A DNA stretch of 25,202 bases, taken from the IMG/VR virus record IMGVR_UViG_3300028025_000094. The stretch is one strand, 5' to 3'. Positions 1-8,584 of the stretch are shown piece after piece (within the stretch, counting starts at the first letter, position 1; every line of letters begins with the position of its first letter). The DNA comes from an uncultured virus (IMG/VR IMGVR_UViG_3300028025_000094) (Duplodnaviria; Heunggongvirae; Uroviricota; Caudoviricetes). Position numbers and translations under genes: made by a program. Below the pieces are notes generated by a model. The model ran no database searches and had not been told where the DNA came from. It saw only the letters and a list, made by a program, of their open reading frames with translations.

Positions 1-147
1 TTTTTGGGAGCAGCATCGGAGAAGCTGTTAAATATTAATTTCAATAAGAAGTACTACGATTACATTTTAAAGATCCATCCCGGTTATCAAGGATTGGGTG
101 CATACGACGGAAGTGGTAGCAAAAGTTACTGCTTGGGATATTTTTAG
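1..147 (+). CDS. 3' end of hypothetical protein (partial)
   Basis: Frame 1 is open from the window start (FLGAASEK...YCLGYF) to TAG at 145-147, followed by a class I promoter. Confidence 0.6.
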   Translation, partial: FLGAASEKLLNINFNKKYYDYILKIHPGYQGLGAYDGSGSKSYCLGYF

Positions 148-232
148 TGGGGGAACATTTTTAAATTCCGGAAAAATCCTTTAAATTTGATCTTCTCTGG
201 TAAAAATATTTAATCAAAACAAATAGAACAAA

Positions 233-433
233 ATGGAATCAGCGGCACAAACAGCAATTAACGAGGCTCGTGAAATCATGGAAGGATTCGATGACCACGG
301 AGGCACCCTAGTTTTTTATAACCAGGAGAGCTACACCCTAACACAGGAGCAAATGACCAAGATTGCAGGTGCTCTTTACCTAGCGGACTGTGAAATTGGT
401 GAACGGACCTCCAATCAACCTAAATGTAATTAA
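233..433 (+). CDS. hypothetical protein
   Basis: 66-aa ORF downstream of promoter 156-189, with an A-rich leader. Confidence 0.8.
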   Translation: MESAAQTAINEAREIMEGFDDHGGTLVFYNQESYTLTQEQMTKIAGALYLADCEIGERTSNQPKCN

Positions 434-445
434 AACGAATAAATT

Positions 446-640
446 ATGGGATGGAAATCAACAGTAGACATTACAAGAGAGCAAGCAATTAGTCTTGCTA
501 CTAAAGAACTAGCTAAGAAAATAGGAGAGATTCACACTATGTCTGATACAGAATTAGAAGACTTACTAGAAGAATTAGGATATGGCGAGACTCAAGGTAT
601 GGAATACTTTGGACATAATTTTAATATAACACACGAATAA
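446..640 (+). CDS. hypothetical protein
   Basis: 64-aa ORF, operon spacing. Confidence 0.8.
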   Translation: MGWKSTVDITREQAISLATKELAKKIGEIHTMSDTELEDLLEELGYGETQGMEYFGHNFNITHE

Positions 641-643
641 TCT

Positions 644-979
644 ATGAAAACAGCAATGCAACTAATGTTAGAAGATTTAGAATTAAGATATAAAGTACTA
701 TCTAAGGCAGAAATGCTACAAGCGTGTGGTGCAATAGAAGGAACTATTGACTATGCTAAATCTTTAATTATAAAAGAAAAAGAGCAGATAGTAGAATCAT
801 TTGATAGTGGCATATATGTTGGAACATACGCAGTAGATAAAGATGGAGAAGATTACTACAACCAAACCTATAATCCGACTATCAGTAAAATAACCATTAC
901 AGAAATTAATACCCAAAAGCAGCACATCATTGACATGATGAAAGATGATGAAGATTTAGGATTGTATAGTCCCATATAA
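644..979 (+). CDS. hypothetical phage protein (MKTAMQ...EKEQI...YYNQTY type)
   Basis: 111-aa ORF; motif pattern recalled from Bacteroidota phage hypotheticals. Confidence 0.8.
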   Translation: MKTAMQLMLEDLELRYKVLSKAEMLQACGAIEGTIDYAKSLIIKEKEQIVESFDSGIYVGTYAVDKDGEDYYNQTYNPTISKITITEINTQKQHIIDMMKDDEDLGLYSPI

Positions 980-1046
980 TTCAGAATCCCCAGCATCCGA
1001 TCCAACGCATAGGCCAAAGAACTCGATATATAAGGGAAAACAAGGC

Positions 1047-1208
1047 ATGTACAAGATAGCACAAGGATCCAATACCACTGAATTAGAAACGCAGGTCAAT
1101 GCACTCATCCTAGAAGGGTACGCTCCCTCAGGTAGTATGGTGGTGATAAGTGATACCAGAAGAGATAACTCCCTCAAGTATATGCAACCAATGTACAATC
1201 CAGCATAG
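1047..1208 (+). CDS. DUF1737-like small protein (not in ORF track)
   Basis: MYKIAQGSNTTELETQVNALILEGYAPSGSMVV...YMQPMYNPA, 53 aa; the YK..LE..VN....EG..P.G pattern is shared with 6375..6590. Confidence 0.75.
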   Translation: MYKIAQGSNTTELETQVNALILEGYAPSGSMVVISDTRRDNSLKYMQPMYNPA

Positions 1209-1211
1209 ACT

Positions 1212-1772
1212 ATGAAACACATTCTGCTATACGAGAACTTTCTTTCCCCGATAGATGGCATAGAGATATTCCCAAGCAAGAGCAAGGCTTATCATCTCAC
1301 CCCTGACATCTACCTAGACAGTATCCAGAAAGAGGGACTCACACCTCGCACAGAAAGCAAGCTAGCTCCACATCCGGAGAGAATCTACCTTTATCTCAAC
1401 CCTTCAAGCTCGCTTAAGACCCTAGCGGGTGCTCTATGGCATGCTAGCTCATATAAGGACAGGGTAAAGAAATACCATATCCTAGAGATAGATCTGACAC
1501 AATTACCAGATCACAAGTTCTATGCAGATCCACATAGTTCTCTATCCTATGTAGCAATCTACACCAACCAGAGTATACCCCCATCTGCCTTTAAGGTCCT
1601 GGGAACAATCCCCGTAGAGAAGTTTCCTCCCCAGAAGGAGATAGATGATACCCCGACATACGTAAGAGAGCCACGAGATGAAGGACCATCCAAATGGGAG
1701 GAGCTCGGAAAGATGCTAGACAAATTACCAGCAGATAAGCAGACTATAAACCTAAAGGATTTAGTGGGTTAA
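1212..1772 (+). CDS. MKH-leader protein with ADP-ribosyltransferase/Tpt1-like fold
   Basis: N-terminus MKHILLYENF; YHLT...SIQKEGL.P, RIYL, ILEIDL and YT..SIPP motifs typical of Tpt1/DUF952-like ART folds. Confidence 0.65.
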   Translation: MKHILLYENFLSPIDGIEIFPSKSKAYHLTPDIYLDSIQKEGLTPRTESKLAPHPERIYLYLNPSSSLKTLAGALWHASSYKDRVKKYHILEIDLTQLPDHKFYADPHSSLSYVAIYTNQSIPPSAFKVLGTIPVEKFPPQKEIDDTPTYVREPRDEGPSKWEELGKMLDKLPADKQTINLKDLVG

Positions 1773-1802
1773 AAAGATATATAAATGAAAATAACGAAGG
1801 CA

Positions 1803-2168
1803 ATGAAACACATTAAACTTTTTGAGGGTTGGAGAGAGGGATATGACGACGATCTTGAGGATCGAGAATTGTACAGGGAGCTGAAACACGACGACGAGGA
1901 ATCGGATCCATATCTTTCCGACAGGGAAAAAGAGGAGCAATATAGGATGTTATCCGGTGAGTGGGTTTACGGCGAGGATTCTTCAGATGATATACTAATT
2001 AACGCCACTATTAAATCCCCTACAATGTCACCAGCTGATAAGTTGGAGACAATGATGGATGATGTGGAATTTACCCGTAAAAAATCCGACAGTCAAAGAA
2101 AGATGAAAAAAATTAGAAAATGGATAAGCTCGCTCTCTCCTGAGGAAAGAGCAGAGATCTCAATGTAA
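1803..2168 (+). CDS. MKH-leader acidic hypothetical protein
   Basis: Start moved to MKHIKLFEG at 1803, downstream of GATATATA 1776. Confidence 0.8.
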   Translation: MKHIKLFEGWREGYDDDLEDRELYRELKHDDEESDPYLSDREKEEQYRMLSGEWVYGEDSSDDILINATIKSPTMSPADKLETMMDDVEFTRKKSDSQRKMKKIRKWISSLSPEERAEISM

Positions 2169-2188
2169 GATTTTTAGATTCCGATTAG

Positions 2189-2218
2189 AAAAGGCTTAGA
2201 ATCATCTAAGCCTTTTTT
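2189..2218. terminator. bidirectional intrinsic terminator
   Basis: AAAAGGCTTAGA-ATCA-TCTAAGCCTTTTTT between convergent genes. Confidence 0.9.
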
Positions 2219-2241
2219 GTGTTTCGTAATGGAGTTGAACC

Positions 2242-2595
2242 TTAAGGTTTCATCAGTAAGCCAAGCAAAGCGTTTTTAAGGATCTTATCAAATTTTGCTT
2301 TAGCAATTGGATCTTTGACTGTCACTTCTCCTGCCTGTTCGTCTGAACAATAGCCATCTCCTTTCTTACATGTCCAGGTTTGAATCTGTTTCTCGGTACA
2401 GAATCTAACAAAAGCCTTAGTGTATTCAGGATTCTTCCAGTTGCCGTCTAGTGGAAGATTAAGCTTGTAATGCTTGTTAAAGAAGTTAGCCATCTTCTTG
2501 GTATGCTCTCCTTTTTTAGATGTCGGGTTACCCTTAGATAGTGCCTCTTCCTGAACAGGCCATGCCTCGGATTCAAAGATACGAAGGTGTTTCAT
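2242..2595 (-). CDS. MKH-leader hypothetical protein (weak resemblance to a peptidoglycan-binding domain)
   Basis: MKHLRIFESE; GATATATA on the minus strand at 2622-2615; L.LDG....YTKAF segment. Confidence 0.8.
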   Translation of the reverse strand: MKHLRIFESEAWPVQEEALSKGNPTSKKGEHTKKMANFFNKHYKLNLPLDGNWKNPEYTKAFVRFCTEKQIQTWTCKKGDGYCSDEQAGEVTVKDPIAKAKFDKILKNALLGLLMKP

Positions 2596-2712
2596 GATAG
2601 AATATTATTTTCATTATATATCCAGAGTCTCTCTTAGACCATCCAGGATCAAGCCCCTAGAATCCGCTCCAGCGCCTAGGCCCAAGGCCAAATACCAGTG
2701 ATATATAGAAGC

Positions 2713-3333
2713 ATGAAACATCTAAGATTATACGAGGAATTCTCCCACCAGGGGATCAATCCTGCCATCCAAGAGGTTTATGCCCTACATCCAGAGTTAA
2801 TCAAGATAGGCACGATAGAAGACTATGAGAGGTACACCAGGGAGATATTCCCGAACTCCAAGATCTCCTTCCCGGTCTATCATTCATCCAAGCATGCCTT
2901 TAGAGAGTTCGATCCTGAGAGAATTGCTTCGTCCACTGATAAAGGAGCATTTGGAAGAGGATTCTACTTCTCTCAGTTCGCCGCCTATTCAAAAGTGTAT
3001 GGAGAGCACACTAAGATCTGTCTAGTCAACCTAGAGCATCCCAAAATCATTCGCAATCTAGAAGGTTACAATAAAGAATATCAGGCTTATGCAGGTCTAC
3101 CTGTTAAGGAGATCTTTGGCGAGGAGTACGACGGAGTGGCAGTCTGGATAGATGATTGGAATTCGATGACCACCACGGGAGAACACGTCTCGTCAATTGA
3201 AGATCTCTACGAGTTAGGACTAGGCAAGGAGACAGGTCTACTAGAGGCAGTGGTACCCACAGTGGCTCAGATTCATGAGTTGGGTACAGAGGAAGACTTA
3301 CAGGGCTTCGCTAGATGGATCCGAAATATATAA
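2713..3333 (+). CDS. MKH-leader protein with ART-PolyVal-like ADP-ribosyltransferase domain
   Basis: MKHLRLYEEF; VYHSS..F.EFD...GAFGRGFYFS...YG...VNL..P...YDGV motif series. Confidence 0.7.
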   Translation: MKHLRLYEEFSHQGINPAIQEVYALHPELIKIGTIEDYERYTREIFPNSKISFPVYHSSKHAFREFDPERIASSTDKGAFGRGFYFSQFAAYSKVYGEHTKICLVNLEHPKIIRNLEGYNKEYQAYAGLPVKEIFGEEYDGVAVWIDDWNSMTTTGEHVSSIEDLYELGLGKETGLLEAVVPTVAQIHELGTEEDLQGFARWIRNI

Positions 3334-3337
3334 AGGC

Positions 3338-4159
3338 ATGAAACACATTCAACTTTTTGAGGCATACACACAAGGACTAACAGGATCACCCTCTAGACAC
3401 TTTATCCTAGACGGAGCTTCCTCGGCAGGCAAGAGTTCAGCCCTAAAGGGATTAGACTCATCCTGGGCGATACTAGCAGTGGACTCCTTCTTCAATGTCA
3501 TGGCAGAGGAGCTAGGCACAGAAGACTTTGGCAACGGCAACAAACCCACCATCCCTCAGATCTACCCTGGTTGCCCATATCCTCATACCACACCAGGGGA
3601 AGGAAGCTACGAATTGGCAGCTCGCTGGTACATGGCTCAAGAAGCTAGAGAAGGCAAGATCTTTCAGGCTGGGCTAAAAGATGCCACAGGAAATCTCTTC
3701 GGCAAACCCCAGGGAGTAGATAAGATCATCTATGACGATGTGGATGGCAGTGTGATCCAGATGTTCCCTAGGGACAATCGCCCACAATGGCTACTAGTAC
3801 ATGCACCCATCGATCATACCATTAAGAATGTCGAAAGAAGAGGAGATAGACCACTAGATGGCGTGTTAAAGAACTCTTACACTTTCAAGTACAAGGCATC
3901 TACTAGACAAGGAGGCGTAGATCCAGAGCATCCATGGACAGAGCAAGGGTTAAGAGATCTACTACCACAGGAGGAATGGGTGAGTGAGTTCTTAGACAAG
4001 CTAGGAGTTAAAGATCCTTCAGAGAGATACTGGATACACGCTAAGCCTCAACCACAAGGCACATACGACTATATCATTAACACTAGAGACGCCAATGGAG
4101 CTCAGAAGTCTATAGAAGAGCTAGCACAGGAAGCAGAGAGTATCTTCAATAGAGCATAG
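3338..4159 (+). CDS. MKH-leader P-loop kinase (chloramphenicol phosphotransferase-like)
   Basis: MKHIQLFEAY; Walker A FILDGASSAGKSS, AVDSF, IIYDDV, lid-like VERRGDR. Confidence 0.7.
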   Translation: MKHIQLFEAYTQGLTGSPSRHFILDGASSAGKSSALKGLDSSWAILAVDSFFNVMAEELGTEDFGNGNKPTIPQIYPGCPYPHTTPGEGSYELAARWYMAQEAREGKIFQAGLKDATGNLFGKPQGVDKIIYDDVDGSVIQMFPRDNRPQWLLVHAPIDHTIKNVERRGDRPLDGVLKNSYTFKYKASTRQGGVDPEHPWTEQGLRDLLPQEEWVSEFLDKLGVKDPSERYWIHAKPQPQGTYDYIINTRDANGAQKSIEELAQEAESIFNRA

Positions 4160-4184
4160 ACACACATAGACTCAAAGAACTCCC

Positions 4185-4233
4185 AGACCCCGTTAGGGGT
4201 CTTACCTAGGACCCCACTTGTTGGGGTCTTTTT
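4185..4233 (+). terminator. double hairpin plus terminator
   Basis: AGACCCC-GTTA-GGGGTCT, then GGACCCCA-CTTGT-TGGGGTCT-TTTT. Confidence 0.8.
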
Positions 4234-4416
4234 GTGGCATCCCATCCCTTTATTACCCGCATTTAAACCGTGTATAACACGCCCCGAATCCTCGCCCCGT
4301 ATTGGGCCTTGGATCGCCCCGCCGGATCTTGCTATTGCCCCGTATTGAGGCAGGAACCGGGGCGTAGATGAGATAGACTAGGGAATACCCCAGATGATCT
4401 TATAGAACGAGGCGGG

Positions 4417-4456
4417 AAGTGTGGAGAAGTGGTAAGAAGTGGGGAAAAGTGTCAAA
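4417..4456 (+). repeat. four 10-bp direct repeats AAGTG(G/T)NNNN (MraZ-box-like)
   Basis: AAGTGTGGAG AAGTGGTAAG AAGTGGGGAA AAGTGTCAAA. Confidence 0.7.
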
Positions 4457-5395
4457 AAATACCCGTACGAATAAAAAACCCTATATGAGGCACCCTTGGG
4501 CAGGCTTAGAGAAGACCTCGGGTAAAGACCCCTAAAAGTGCTCTTGAGTAACCCCCTCCTCTGCGTGTGTTTTAGGCAGGGGGTTCCCGGGGGGACCCCA
4601 CATGGCTTGGTATCCCGGATCCCTACCGAAATTTATCACGGTAATCCTTGAATTCTCTCGTGAAGCCGCCCCGAAATTTTTTCCAGTAAGGACTTAGCTG
4701 TGGGGGTGCCTTCACGGATTTTTTCCAGTAAACCCCAGATTTTCTAGGAATTCTTTCCACTAAGTCCTAGAACTCTGGGAAGTCTGGGAGGTTCTGAGAG
4801 AACTCCCCGAAAGGAAGAATAGTTGCAGAACCCAACCAATTCGGTGAGGGTGCCCCTACGGAGTTAATCCGTTATATCAGGATCTAACCTAGAGGTCTAG
4901 GAAATGAATGAGATTCCAGGGATAGCTTCGTGAGTGCTCCCCGGCAGGTTTCCGAGAGCTCCCCGCTTCCCCCCTCTGAGAGAATCCCCGGATGCTACGA
5001 GAAATCCTGGGGAGTGTGGAATAGGGCAAAAGTGGTTGGGGCGCCCTCACTTGCTGGGGATATACCTTGGATTCTCCCCGTAACAAAAGTTTCATAAAAA
5101 AGTTTCGGGGGTACGAATTCTCTTTGGAATTCCCCGTCTTTTCTTAGCCGAGGTGCCCTCACCCGATGACCATATCCTGGGTTTTTTCTGGGTCTAAAAG
5201 TGAGTAGCAACAGGGTCTAAAAATGACCAGCGGGGAATTTCTAAGAATCCCCGTTCACACATCCATTTTGGCTAGCACCCAAAAGGATGTGTGGGCGCCC
5301 TCACTGACTGCGGCCTGTTCCCGCATTTTCCCCGATACATTTTAATTCTGCGGGGTTCATTCTTATATTTGCCTTGTAATTAAAACAACACGACC

Positions 5396-5593
5396 ATGTC
5401 AAAAAAGTATGAACACGGGTACTTACCCAAAATCCAGTATCATTCTCTACAAGTAGTAGAGAGAACCGCCAACCTCATGGAACCCAACCTACCTGAGGAA
5501 TTCAAAGTCGGTGAGTTAGAAGCTCTTAATAAGAGTCTAGACTCTATCATTTACTTCACCACTAAAATAAGAGAACAATGGACCTTAAAGTAA
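5396..5593 (+). CDS. hypothetical protein
   Basis: Follows promoter 5338 with an AAACAACACGACC leader. Confidence 0.85.
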   Translation: MSKKYEHGYLPKIQYHSLQVVERTANLMEPNLPEEFKVGELEALNKSLDSIIYFTTKIREQWTLK

Positions 5594-5826
5594 ACTTTGA
5601 TTGGGACTATCCCCATGGAGCAGGAAAATTCCTTTGGGCAGTTATCTCAGTAGATGAAGATGACTCCGAGGATAGTAATGTTAGTCTTTGGAGAGCGGAT
5701 GATGAAGAACACCTATATGACCAAGTCAAAAGGGACTGGGTAGGTGATGATGAAGAGATAGCAGATGACTTTGAAGAGGCTTGGGCATATAGAATTATCC
5801 CTAAGAGACTAGGAGAAATTCTTTAG
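5578..5826 (+). CDS. acidic hypothetical protein
   Basis: 82-aa D/E-rich ORF overlapping the upstream stop. Confidence 0.8.
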   Translation: MDLKVNFDWDYPHGAGKFLWAVISVDEDDSEDSNVSLWRADDEEHLYDQVKRDWVGDDEEIADDFEEAWAYRIIPKRLGEIL

Positions 5827-5879
5827 GCATTTTTTTAATCCGCCTACGGGCTTTACTTTTACCTTCTAAAACACACACG

Positions 5880-6374
5880 ATGTCACAAGATTTAATGGTT
5901 TATGTTGGAGCTTACATAGAGATAACTAAGCTCCCTAAGGTTTGGGAAGAGGTTGAGAACGAAAGATTCAACCACCCAGAATGTAAAAAGAAGTGCGATC
6001 ACTCCTACTTAACTAACACAGCTAAGTTCTGTCCTTCATGTGGTAAGCCGGTTGAGGTAGTGATAGAGAAATTAAAGGCTGTGAAGCAATGGGATATGGC
6101 AGACCTTGAACATGAATTCTGTGAGGTCTTTAATTGGCCTAATGGTATGGGCTGGGGTGGATGTGAAGAATTGGATAAAGTCCTAATGCCACATGATGGT
6201 GGTAAATGGGGTAAGTACTATGAAGACAACGGGTTTGGCATCCTGGGTAAACTTCCCAAGTTAGCCAACCCCGAAGGAATTCTAAAAACCAAGTTCTCCA
6301 AGGACTTAGCTGACTTAGAAAAGATAGGTGCTAAGTACGTTATCAAAACTGGGATCTTGGCGTATTACGTATAA
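5880..6374 (+). CDS. zinc-ribbon-containing hypothetical protein
   Basis: C...C and AKFCPSCG motifs; promoter 5828. Confidence 0.85.
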   Translation: MSQDLMVYVGAYIEITKLPKVWEEVENERFNHPECKKKCDHSYLTNTAKFCPSCGKPVEVVIEKLKAVKQWDMADLEHEFCEVFNWPNGMGWGGCEELDKVLMPHDGGKWGKYYEDNGFGILGKLPKLANPEGILKTKFSKDLADLEKIGAKYVIKTGILAYYV

Positions 6375-6590
6375 ATGATAACAGAATATAAAATAGTTAA
6401 GACGAATTACACCGCGGCGGACTTGGAGCAAGAAGTTAACCAAGCGATTGGGGAAGGGTGGCAACCCTGGGGTCAACCCGCAGTTGCCCTTAGTTCTAAC
6501 GGAGCTCTTTATGTCCAAGCGCTAGTCAAGTACAGTTCCCACCCGGATGAGTGGCAAACTCTGAATGAGGAACAAACGGGCAGGGTTTAA
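6375..6590 (+). CDS. DUF1737-like protein
   Basis: YKIV...LEQEVNQAIGEGWQPWG...YVQALVK. Confidence 0.75.
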   Translation: MITEYKIVKTNYTAADLEQEVNQAIGEGWQPWGQPAVALSSNGALYVQALVKYSSHPDEWQTLNEEQTGRV

Positions 6591-6694
6591 GGGATTGAGA
6601 AAAAATCCTGGAACACATGTGGGATATCAAAATATAAGTGTTATATTTGCGAAATGATTAGCAGCAATGTAATTCTTAACTAAAATGTAATTAA

Positions 6695-6946
6695 ATGACA
6701 AGTTCAGAACTTCGAAGCCGTTTACTTAACCATGGGCGACGCCCACTCGGTAAATTAATTCAAGTACCTCTCAAGCAAGAAGGCAAGATCCTTTTCGCTG
6801 ATATCAAAAATGATAGAGCATATTCTTATTTTCTAATTGACCTTGAATCCAAATCTATCCGTGAAGGTCATATCTACGAGCGTTATCGTAAAAAGGTATT
6901 TGGTGCCTATGACGTTCCCTCTATCCCATTAGGAGCTTCCCTTTAA
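6695..6946 (+). CDS. hypothetical protein
   Basis: 83-aa ORF after TATATTTG at 6642. Confidence 0.75.
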   Translation: MTSSELRSRLLNHGRRPLGKLIQVPLKQEGKILFADIKNDRAYSYFLIDLESKSIREGHIYERYRKKVFGAYDVPSIPLGASL

Positions 6947-7015
6947 TTTTTAAGTCGCATTTTAAATTTCCGAGGAGGGGTTGTATATTTGCCTTGTAAA
7001 TAAATACACACGCAC

Positions 7016-7276
7016 ATGTACATTATCTTTAATCTAGACCCCGATGGCGATTCCTACTCTCTTCATGGTAGGATAGAAGACGCCCGTTACATCTTTGACC
7101 TCAAGGTAAAGGAATGGAGTAAGGCAGTTAACAACCGAGAGGAAGTTGGCTGGGACGATTACAAAACACTTCTATGTCACATCACCGATCTCACAAACTT
7201 TGGGTTTGGTGGTTACGGAGAAGTTTTCGGAATGGAACTTATTGATTCACTAAATTGGGAAGGAGACCAAGAATAG
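7016..7276 (+). CDS. hypothetical protein
   Basis: Promoter 6958, ACACACGCAC leader. Confidence 0.85.
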   Translation: MYIIFNLDPDGDSYSLHGRIEDARYIFDLKVKEWSKAVNNREEVGWDDYKTLLCHITDLTNFGFGGYGEVFGMELIDSLNWEGDQE

Positions 7277-7278
7277 TT

Positions 7279-7578
7279 ATGACACTACACGAATATCTAA
7301 ATCAGACCGACCCACAGAGAATGCCAGACGTGATTCTTCAAGAAGGAGAATACGAGGTTTGGAACACCGCTGGTGTTAAACCCTACAGGTTCACTCATAT
7401 CAGCGTTCCCTCAGTTAAAGGTAGCTATTCAGTTAAGGAAGGAGAGACTACCCTTTACACCCAAGACGCATTTGGCTATCCTAAGAGTCGTAGTTGTTTC
7501 AGCCTTGACAAACCATTAGAGAACCTAGTCAATTATGAAAGAGTAGGTCACAGTCACAATCCAAGCATTAACTCATGA
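7279..7578 (+). CDS. hypothetical protein
   Basis: Start moved to ATG 7279 (MTLHEYL), just after the upstream stop. Confidence 0.75.
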   Translation: MTLHEYLNQTDPQRMPDVILQEGEYEVWNTAGVKPYRFTHISVPSVKGSYSVKEGETTLYTQDAFGYPKSRSCFSLDKPLENLVNYERVGHSHNPSINS

Positions 7579-7685
7579 TAACAATTTTAGCATTAGCACT
7601 TCTGGCTACCGTTTCTATTTGGGGTACGATTGATATACTAAGTCAAATTAATCGAAACGAGAATGAGGGGAAGAAATCTAACTGA
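7575..7685 (+). CDS. small single-TM protein (not in ORF track)
   Basis: MITILALALLATVSIWGTIDILSQINRNENEGKKSN; ATGA overlap with the upstream gene. Confidence 0.6.
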   Translation: MITILALALLATVSIWGTIDILSQINRNENEGKKSN

Positions 7686-7800
7686 GTATCAAAAGGAATT
7701 GATTCATGAAAAGAAAGAAGAGGGAAAACCCATCAAGGTGATTGCCCAAGAGATAGGGAGATCTTATTCCTGCATCTATTTTCATTTAAAGAATAATTAA
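7663..7800 (+). CDS. stand-alone helix-turn-helix protein, 45 aa (not in ORF track)
   Basis: MRGRNLTEYQKELIHEKKEEGKPIKVIAQEIGRSYSCIYFHLKNN; LT..Q...I......G.....IA..IGRS...I pattern of HTH_38/Hin-type HTH. Confidence 0.75.
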   Translation: MRGRNLTEYQKELIHEKKEEGKPIKVIAQEIGRSYSCIYFHLKNN

Positions 7801-7820
7801 GAAAAACCAAACCAACTGCT

Positions 7821-7848
7821 AAAGCCAGACCTAGTGTCTGGTTTTTTT
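7821..7848 (+). terminator. intrinsic terminator
   Basis: AAAGCCAGAC-CTAGT-GTCTGGTTTTTTT. Confidence 0.85.
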
Positions 7849-8018
7849 GTGGCCTTTCCTACAGGAATTTGCCATATGGCTGGAATTCCGGTGAGGGCGC
7901 CCTGACCACAGGCTGGGTGATTTTCGACATCCGAAACTTATTGTAAATGTTTCATCGGGGCATTTTTTATTTTCGAAACATTTCATTACTTTAGCTGTGT
8001 TATAAAAACCCGCACGAT

Positions 8019-8507
8019 ATGTCAAAAGAAGTTCAATTTCCAAAGATCCCAACGGATCCACACAGTCTAGCTCTTTTAGGATCACTAGATACTATATCCT
8101 TTAGTATTCTAAATGCTCCTGAAGATGATTATGCATTTAGATGCGCGGCTTTCCTACACTTCCTAGCCACCGCACCCTTATCTGCAGATTACATTTATTT
8201 CAAGGTTCATGAAAACACTAGAGATATGTGCAGAAGTCTAAGCGATCATTACAATCATTACATTCACTCTCAAGGAGAAGCATATAAGCTTGAAATTCTT
8301 AATAGGGAGATTGGTTCATTTGGGAATCACTTTAATAGTTTTCAATTGTCCCTTTTCCACATAGATCTTAAAGCCAAGCAAAATCCAAATTGGGTACCTC
8401 TCAGTGATTTGATTTGGGGATTCTATTGCTCTCTATACAATCACAAGAGAAGCAATCAATTCCTAGAACTATTTCAGTCCACATTAAAAAATATTCAGAC
8501 CTCATAG
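8019..8507 (+). CDS. hypothetical protein
   Basis: 162-aa ORF after promoter 7961. Confidence 0.85.
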   Translation: MSKEVQFPKIPTDPHSLALLGSLDTISFSILNAPEDDYAFRCAAFLHFLATAPLSADYIYFKVHENTRDMCRSLSDHYNHYIHSQGEAYKLEILNREIGSFGNHFNSFQLSLFHIDLKAKQNPNWVPLSDLIWGFYCSLYNHKRSNQFLELFQSTLKNIQTS

Positions 8508-8584
8508 GAGAACATTTTTTATTTCCGCAGTCCAGTCTTATATTTACACTGTTATTAATTTAAAACCATAAAAATTTAACTCAC

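Noticed and set aside
868..3552. Antisense or alternate-frame ORFs 868..1062, 956..1285, 2825..3025, 3349..3552
   Set aside because: They are shadows of better-supported genes that have promoters and recognisable motifs.
4889..5210. Minus-strand ORFs 4889..5095 and 4995..5210
   Set aside because: They run through site A repeats, have no promoter or leader, and have atypical composition.
7663..7800. IS30 transposase remnant
   Set aside because: Only the HTH is present, as an intact translationally coupled ORF ending at a terminator; there is no DDE fragment or terminal inverted repeat.
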